Of a stretch of 64,000 bases of DNA, positions 55,762 through 64,000 are shown in pieces (within the stretch, counting starts at the first letter, position 1; every line of letters begins with the position of its first letter). Source of the stretch: Eledone cirrhosa (taxonomy: Eukaryota). The stretch covers positions 263,314,001 to 263,378,000 of the forward strand of contig OZ024742.1 of NCBI GenBank assembly GCA_964016885.1, read 5' to 3'. The position numbers and the translations under genes were made by a program. A model generated the notes under the pieces. That model saw nothing but the letters and a program-made list of their open reading frames with translations. It searched no databases and was not told the DNA's origin.

Positions 55762-55842
55762 CATGTTGACTCGGCCCAGCTAGAGGTTGTTTACTCTTAA
55801 AATCAACATTTTCTTTCTCATCTGAACCACCAACTCCAATAT
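55762..55842 (-). CDS. PLK1: PLK1 exon (linker, contains KEN)
   Basis: cag|(D)IGVGGSDEKENVDFKSKQPLAGPSQH+g|gtttgt; open frame, phase 1/1; low conservation and a weaker donor. Confidence 0.65.
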
Positions 55843-55980
55843 CTGAAGAAAATTGTAAAAATTAAAGTTTAGCATATAGAAGTTGTTACTAAGATTAGAG
55901 ATATAAACAAGACTTATTCACAGACTGGATGGCACTAGAATAAACAGATGTTTAAGATAGATGTAATTCTAACAGGTGAC

Positions 55981-56115
55981 TAACAATTCTCTACCTCTGT
56001 CAATCTCTCATGGTACCATCTACCTAAAGGGCCATCATCGTTTAACATTCGATGATGTTGATAGCCCTCTAGGTAGATGGGACCATGAGAGATTGACAGA
56101 GGTAGAGAATTGTTA
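55981..56115. other. 135-bp near-perfect hairpin flanked by a 20-bp direct repeat
   Basis: 52-bp arms with 2 mismatches; atgtaattctaacaggtgac at 55961-55980 and 56117-56136. Confidence 0.92.
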
Positions 56116-57034
56116 CATGTAATTCTAACAGGTGACCATCATCATTTAATGCCTATTTTCCATGCTTTCATGATTTAGACAGTATGTGACAAATCAGGTC
56201 AAGTGACTGTCTTGCTCATACGGATCTGTTTTGGTTTGGTTTCTAGGGTTGGATGCCCTTCCTAATGCCAACTGAATTCAGCATAGACTGGGTGCATTTT
56301 CGTTGTGGTAATAATATGATTACTAATCTCCGACAACTCTAACTCAAATGGAAGGAGTGACTAAGCAGTTCCAGTTGACACCTCTCAATGTCTTCATATA
56401 TTTAAGCATCAACTAACAAACACACATGTAATATAATGTGTTCAGCTTCATGTCAGATCCAATAAAGCAAATCTATAACTAAAAGCATTCCAGCAGTTGT
56501 TCATTAGTCATGACATTATCTAATGTATTTTCTATTTACAGCCTGTGGATGTGAGGTAGGAGAGATTTGGCAGGGTTTGCAAACAGGCTGAGCAATCCTG
56601 ATAAGTCTCTCTCATTAGCCTGTAATTGGTGCTTCTTGACAAAAGATAGAATTAGAGTAGTATCAAGTTAATAGTCCAACATCTGGTTATGAGAGTGTCT
56701 GTCCCATCACACACAATCATTATTTAATGTTCATCGTCAGTAGCAGCAAGGATTGGACATGCCATCATAAACCGAGTCAGTACTTATTGAAAACTGCAGA
56801 CTTCTCAGATGGGTTTGGAGCTCGTTTATTGCATTCATACATCTTTTATCAAGACACCAGCAATAAGGAGGTTGTCATACTTATGCCACAACTGAATAGT
56901 TCTCTCAACCTATTGGCAGGTTTTCTACAGTTGAATGCCCTTAGTGGGTAAGGCATACCAGAACTTCCCTTCCTCTTTCACACAACAAAAACCTACAAAA
57001 CAATATACAAAATGCTTTAAATAAAATTAATTAC

Positions 57035-57130
57035 CTTTAGTTTTCTCACAGGGAACAGTTGGACGAGCAGTTAATTCAATACGAGGCTTGATAGACAGAC
57101 AACTGACAGGTAGGCGGGTTGGAATGGGTT
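57035..57130 (-). CDS. PLK1: PLK1 exon (post-kinase extension)
   Basis: cag|(E)PIPTRLPVSCLSIKPRIELTARPTVPCEKTK+g|gtaatt. Confidence 0.92.
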
Positions 57131-58460
57131 CTGGAATAAAAAAAGGAAAAGTGAAAGCAGAAATAAACAAACAACTGGTCATCTAGCACAATACAACAGT
57201 ATTCATAGTTATTTCCCCTTGCTAGTCTACCCAACTACATTAAGCATGTTTAGTATGCAGCTCTCTAGTAAACGGCTTCAGATGTATTCAAAATTTAATG
57301 GACCGCTTCAGAAAAAGTTTCTTCTCAAGTGTTGCCACACAACCTCTGTTGTCCAGAGCTGAAATGCACAGGTGTGTGTGCTTCTGCGTAATATTGTAAT
57401 CTTGTTTCATTCATTAGGTTGTAGCCATATTGGGGAACTAATTTCAAGGGTTTTAACCCATCATATCAACCCTAATACTTACTGACAAAAGAATGCATAT
57501 CGGCAAAGGTTTATACTTACACTAGAAACAGATTCAACCATCTCATTCCATTTCCCTTCACTGGTTCTATTCCTACCCTCCTCTCTCAACGATACTCCAC
57601 TGATCCACCAGACCATTCTCATTTTGTTCTTTCCAGTCTTCTCTGCATCCATGTTCATCACTCATGTCTTACTCCCATAAATCATGGCACTTCTCACACA
57701 TGTAGCAGTATACACCTTTCCCTTCAGTTTCAGTGACACTTCATCTATATCTCATTCTACATATTGTTGCAATGTTTAATTGACCTTATCCATTCAATGT
57801 TTCCTAAGTAATGAAACATTTTTGCACCTTTCATTTCCACACCATTCCCAAGATCCAGTTAAACATCATCTGTAGCTCCTTCCATACACACTTTACACTT
57901 AAATGTAGCTACCATATGATTTAATAATCTATTCATACTATTACATTTTCGATGTATCTGCCCAATGCATATTGTACATTCAGCTTTCTCATATTCAATG
58001 TTGTGCTTAATACAATGATCAGACATAAAAATAAAAACTAAATATATTCCCTCTCTTCATTCTCCCCAAATATATCTGTTTTCAAATGGACTGATCCTAA
58101 CATAAATCTTTTAAAGCCCAATACCACCACCCTTTCTGAATTCTAGTGATAATACATCACATACACACTTTCTAGATTGTTCCATGAGAGAGACTGACAT
58201 CCTATCCAGGGAAAAAGATTATTTTCATCACCCGATTGCTTTGAAATTGAAAAAAGGACACTCTTGGAACACGTTGAAAGCATTTAAAATGCCAACAGGC
58301 TGGGGATACTGTTTTTCCCCATAGATCAGAACATGATCAGGTGGTCTCTAAACTGAATGCAAGACAACAGCTGACTATTTTAGGAGCATGCCTTAATTTT
58401 TGAGTAAAAAAGCATGTAAACAAAGAAGGTTCTCACAAAGTTTGTATAATGTCAACCTAC

Positions 58461-58657
58461 CCATGAAGAATTCATGCTTCAATATCTGATCCATAGTTGG
58501 TCGATCATGTGGATCAGCCTTGAGAAGCTTCCGGATCAGAGACCGAGCCTTTGGACTCACATGAGGAGGGATCTCATAGTCATTTTTCTTGATCTTGCTG
58601 TAAGTATCCTTCAGAGAGGTGGTTTCAAATGGAGGTTTACCCACCAATAATGTGTAA
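58461..58657 (-). CDS. PLK1: PLK1 exon (kinase subdomains IX-XI)
   Basis: cag|t [19 protein letters not shown]...[15 protein letters not shown]+g|gtaggt. Confidence 0.97.
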
Positions 58658-59475
58658 CTGTAAATAAAGGAAATGGTTTTATCAAAAGAGAAAGAGTTTG
58701 AGAGTGCAGTATATGGTGCACTAGAAAGCTTATGAGCAAAGTCAAAGACAAAAAAAAAAGTTCTCTATATCATGTATCAGCATTCTCTGGATGGGCTGCC
58801 TTTGATGCAGCTAATGGAGTTGATGCATTCTCCATATCATTAGAGTACAACTATTTGTTGAATTTGTTCAGAGTACCTAAAGACAGATTGACTATACTTA
58901 AACTAATAAGCCATGTCACTGTCACTCCATAACGCAGAGTAAGAAATTTAGCGAGTGGTGCGTTGGAAATAAAACTTGCCACCATAGTGTAGGGTCTTAG
59001 TTACCAACACAGGAGCTCTCAGTCCAAGTCTGCTGGGAATGGAAGATCATCTCTATGAATAGAGGGAGTTTATAGTGAGAGACAGGCTGCTGGGAATATA
59101 AGATTATCATCACTACGATTGGAAGAGGGAGTTTATAGGAGTAGCCCGAAGTGGCTGAGAATCAGGCTATCACAATGATATAGGTAAAGGGGTATTTAAT
59201 TAGCAAGTGAACTCAATAGGCTAATAGCAATAATACCAGCAGTTTTATATTTACTCATACATAAAAATAAATGTTATAATCATTAGAATCTTAATGTGAT
59301 AATAGTGTTTAAAATTCATAATTATTTTCTTACACATGGTATAAACATAAAAGATAACCATGTAGCCATCATATATATACACATTTCAAGGGTTTATATG
59401 AAATAATGCTATCATAACATTTACACACAGAGGTATGCATGTACATACACAATATATTAGTAATTCATATACTTA

Positions 59476-59595
<120 letters not shown>

Positions 59596-60201
59596 CTATT
59601 ATAAACACAGTCATACATCAAACTCACTAGGCTTCAATTAAGGAAAAAGAAACAGTATTACACACATATGTTGGAAAAAATATATTTCTATATATTGAAA
59701 ATGGACATTACACACACGAAGACAGAGAGCACACACACAACTACATATCAATGTGTGTCTATATATACACATGAATGTATGTATATTATTGTTATTACTT
59801 TAGCCATTCAATCAATTATTGAGGTTGATTCAATTGACTTGAAAGTTGTACCTCTTCATATCCATAAATTACTCAAATCATTAAAATATAAACAACACAC
59901 ACATGAATGCAGCAATTTCCAAGTATAAAGTGTTCTATTTTTATCAATTACATAATTTCAGAGCAATATTTCCAAAACATGTATTTCTGACAATAATTTC
60001 AATTTTTATTGATTACTTCTAAAATAAACAGACTAGAGAACACAGGAAAAGACTCCAGACATTAAATGTTAAAACCACCACTAAAAATAACCCATAATAT
60101 GAGAAAGGTCTACAGACCTATGCAGCAAGTGTTTAAATGCTTCTGAATACATTTAAAATGACATGAGTAAGCGAAGAATTAGGAAGCACTATTTGATTTT
60201 A

Positions 60202-60561
<360 letters not shown>

Positions 60562-61177
60562 TTAATGACTTGTACTGCATCAGCAATACATTCTTGGAAA
60601 ACACAAAATAGCACCAGACTATCGCATTAAAAATTCAATTTTTTAATGCTGCAAATTCAGTCTGTCCACTAATAATATTATAAGTATTTGAAGTAACAAG
60701 CCTGTCTTTAGATTTTTTGACTAAATCATTACAGGATATTAAGAATTAATGAGGGTCACTTGGCAAGAAAATGTATTGGTGTAAATAGAACTACTTTATT
60801 GTCAGGTAGGCTCAATTAAAATGTACGGTTTGAGAGTTCAATAGAATGACTGTAGTAAGGATTGTATCTACAATCATAAGCTCAATAACCAAGCAGCTTA
60901 ACTCTACATCATCCCATAATAACTAACCTAGCTAGCAGTTTTAATGATAGGTACTTATGTTTTTCCTACCAATCTATCTGACAAATAGTGGCCCTGTGCT
61001 AATGCAAGAAACAATAATAGCACTGATTCTTATATATAATTCTAATGGAGGATTTTAATTCAAATATGAAGGCTTTAAAAACGGGTTTTTGATTATAAAA
61101 CTAGAGGCAAGTACCAAAAGAGATAAACAGGTAACATGGATTCATAAAAGCAAGAAAAAAAAAAAAAAATGACTTAC

Positions 61178-61294
61178 ACGACGTCGACAGAGTTCTAAAA
61201 TGATATAAATAAAGTTTTCATCTTCAAAGAAGTTCATGAAACGTACAACATTCTTGTGCGAAAGAGAACGATGAATGCTAATTTCTTGGAACAT
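61178..61294 (-). CDS. PLK1: PLK1 exon (helix C to hinge); missed by the ORF track
   Basis: cag|[39 protein letters not shown]|gtaagt. Confidence 0.96.
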
Positions 61295-61420
61295 CTGTAG
61301 AAAGGAGAAAGGGTCTTTGAATTTACAAACCAGTCACATAAAACATGTCCATATACAATGATTTATACAAACTGCATGTACACAGAACAGCTCCCCCTTT
61401 AATATTTCTACAATACCTAC

Positions 61421-61531
61421 CTTCTCACGTTGTTGACTTCTGAGCAGGATTGCTTTAGGGACAATCTTACAGGCAAACACATCATTAGGTTTTCCAACTT
61501 CAGAGACTTCGTAGCATTTAGCAAAACCTCC
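61421..61531 (-). CDS. PLK1: PLK1 exon (end of Gly-loop, catalytic Lys); start exon not found, presumably beyond window end
   Basis: cag|GGFAKCYEVSEVGKPNDVFACKIVPKAILLRSQQREK|gtaggt; GGFAKC is Plk-diagnostic. Confidence 0.96.
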
Positions 61532-62069
61532 CTGGAAAGAGAAGTAAAAGGAAACAGTTATTAAGAGGTGACTAAAAGAGTCAGTATCAGGGTCTTTGGT
61601 CATGAAACACTGCATACAAAAATCCCATCCAACCCATGCTAACATGGGAAAGAGGATGTAAAGATGACAACCACAATAACCAAGATACTTTTCACAAGCA
61701 ACCCTCCCTGACCACATGTGAATTTACTCATGTTCACTTTTCTCAGTTTATTTTGATGTGTTTTCTTGGGTTTATTTTATTGTACACATCTAAGCCGCAT
61801 CTGTACTTAAGTTAGAGCCAACACCTCATTTTCAGTGCAAGTTGTATAGAAAAAAAGTACTGCATGCTTGAAGTAGCTTTGGATGAGGGACACATGGGAT
61901 GAAGTAAAGGACCTCAAGAAGATGATATAGGGCCGTGTTAACTGGCAACCTAACCAGTACTTAGATCTGTGAAGCTAAAAGTAAATGGTGAGAAATCAGA
62001 AATTGCATGGAGTGGAAAGGTCTCTTTCTAGTCTGTAGTGGAAGAGACAACCACTCTAGGGTTGGTGTC

Positions 62070-62356
62070 AGAATGAAATGTACTGAGAACTCTGTAAAAT
62101 GATGGATGAATAAACTGAGACATTGCAAAGAGGGTGGTATGGCCCTGTTAAGGATTTAACCACTCTTGTATTGGTGCTATGATAAAATGCATCTAGTATA
62201 CTCTGAAGTGAACTATCCAGTCTTGCTATATGCATGATGACTTCTAGTGCTGGAGCCACAATAAATTGCATCCAGTACACAGAGTAAAGTGTTAGTGTCA
62301 TGATAAAATGCACCCAGTACACACTGTAAAATGGTTGGCATCCAGCCATAATGCAA
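62070..62356 (+). mobile_element. SINE-like module with internal tandem repeats (other copies near 8660-8960, 32940-33190, 45035-45200, 53360-53550, 56137-56310)
   Basis: ggtgc..tgataaaatgcacccagtacacactgtaaaatggttggcatccagcc motif recurs across the window. Confidence 0.6.
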
Positions 62357-63455
62357 ACTATGGGTACATAAAAGATGTAGTGGGATCACAGGCATGCTAC
62401 CTAAGAACGTATATTTTATATGTGGCTGATGCTCAGGTGCAATAAGTAGCAAGTGCCCAAGGATACTAGTTCCTTCTACTACCCAGATGGTTCTATAGGA
62501 ATAGTGGACACTTTCCGTTACCTGGGTGACAAAATCAGCAGTGGTGGAGGGTGCTCTGAAAGTACAGTAGCCAGAGTTAGAATGGGATGGAAAAAGTTCA
62601 GAGAGCTAATACCTCTGTTGGCCACAAAAAGTTTCTCTAAAAATGAAAGGCAGATTGTATGATGTTTGTATACGAACAGCAATGTTACATGGCAGTGAGA
62701 CATTGGCATTGTGTGCAATCTTCCTGTGCAGATTAGAAAGGAACGAAGCATGCATGCTCCGTTGGGTGTTTAATAGTAATATACACGAACGGCAAAACAA
62801 ACGAACTAAGTGAGAAATTAGGAATAAGAGGGATCAGATGCTGTTTACGTGAGAGAGGATTACGTTGGTATGGTCATGTGATACGCACAAAAGACGACAG
62901 CTGTATAAAAAAAGTGCAGGGTGATCAAAATTGATGGAAGTTATGGAGTAGGTAGACCCAGAAAAACCTGGGATGACATGATAAAATCCGATCTTGCACA
63001 CTTACACCTCTCTAAGACAATGGCGCTACGCAGTAATATAGAAGACTCGCTTTCCCTACGTACAAAGTTAAACCTACAATCAGTAAGCACCTCTTAACCA
63101 AATATACACCCCAACCCAACACCCCTACTCTCACCAACACCACCCTTTTTTTGTAAAGTTATGTTGGTACCACAGAACATCCAGTCCAAACTAAAGAGGT
63201 TGGTGTAGGTGTCACGACAAAAAAAGCACCCAGTCCACACTGTAAATGTGGTTGTGTAGGTAACACGGTAAAAAGCTCCCAGTCCACACTGTAAACATGG
63301 TTAGTGTTAGGAAGGGTATCCAGCTGTAAAAAACCCTGACAGATACAGTCCTATATGAGTGAGACGCGGTTACCTGATCAATCTTGCCTCAAGTGGGACA
63401 ATTGCCGTCTAATCCATGCTAGTGTGGAAGATAGACGTTAAACGATGATGATAAT
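62357..63455 (+). mobile_element. RTE LINE 3' part, same family as 16041-17613
   Basis: FRYLGDKISSGGGCSESTVARVR...; long 3' UTR; gacgttaaacgatgatgat tail. Confidence 0.92.
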
Positions 63456-64000
63456 GACGTGGTTCTGCATCAAATCTAGTTTTGGACTGTGTTAACCCAC
63501 CCAACACATTTAGCATGGAAAGTAAATGAAAAATGATATATAATGGCATCCTCAGTTTCTGCCTACCTGTTTGATATTAATCAACCTGAAGTTATAGAAG
63601 ACACTTTCCCATGGTGCCATGCATTGGGATCGAATTTAGAATCAATGTGGTTGGTAATATCATTCAGTTCAAACAAAGGCATAACCTCCCTAGTGCTGGT
63701 GCCACAATAAAATGCATTCAGTAGATGTGGGAATGTATGTATCTTGCAGGTTCCCAATCTGTCTCAATACATGGCAAGGTGTGGAAACGTATATAGATGA
63801 GATGCAAGCCCCACCTGTCTGAGTAGCCAGTAGCTCCGCTTGAGTACTGACTTAGTCTGTGACTATCCATCCAACCTATGTTAGCAGGGAGACTGCACGT
63901 TACATGATGAAGGTTGCAAAGCAAGTTATTAACAGTCATCTAGTTTAAGAGTCTTCTCTAATAGATATATGGAAATAATGATATTCGAAAACTCCTCAGT

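Overview
AT-rich, repeat-dense animal genomic DNA, most likely a cephalopod (Octopus-like), inferred from the SINE/RTE content and giant TA/TATG arrays. Two spliced genes are convergent, and the 5' exons of both lie outside the window or were not found. DNAJC25 is on + (9 coding exons, 8365-27060, J-domain HPD to stop). A Polo-like kinase 1 is on - (12 coding exons, 61531-46416). I assembled all exons by hand; they have GT-AG boundaries and consistent phase. The rest is retroelements (RTE, CR1-group and Penelope-like), SINEs, piggyBac and Tc1/mariner remnants, and three multi-kb purine-pyrimidine arrays that produce all the long Y/I/M/C/H/T ORFs (spurious). Four observations stand out. (1) A young, ORF-intact, 5'-truncated RTE LINE with three C-terminal C2H2 fingers is embedded in about 6 kb of (TA/TACA)n. 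(2) Two Penelope-like fragments each pair a 5' snap-back hairpin with a minimal hammerhead-ribozyme motif. (3) Several other near-perfect fold-backs occur, one flanked by a perfect 20-bp direct repeat inside PLK1. (4) The PLK1 linker lacks the usual D-box but carries a KEN motif. All identifications come from motif recognition by eye; no database searches were run.
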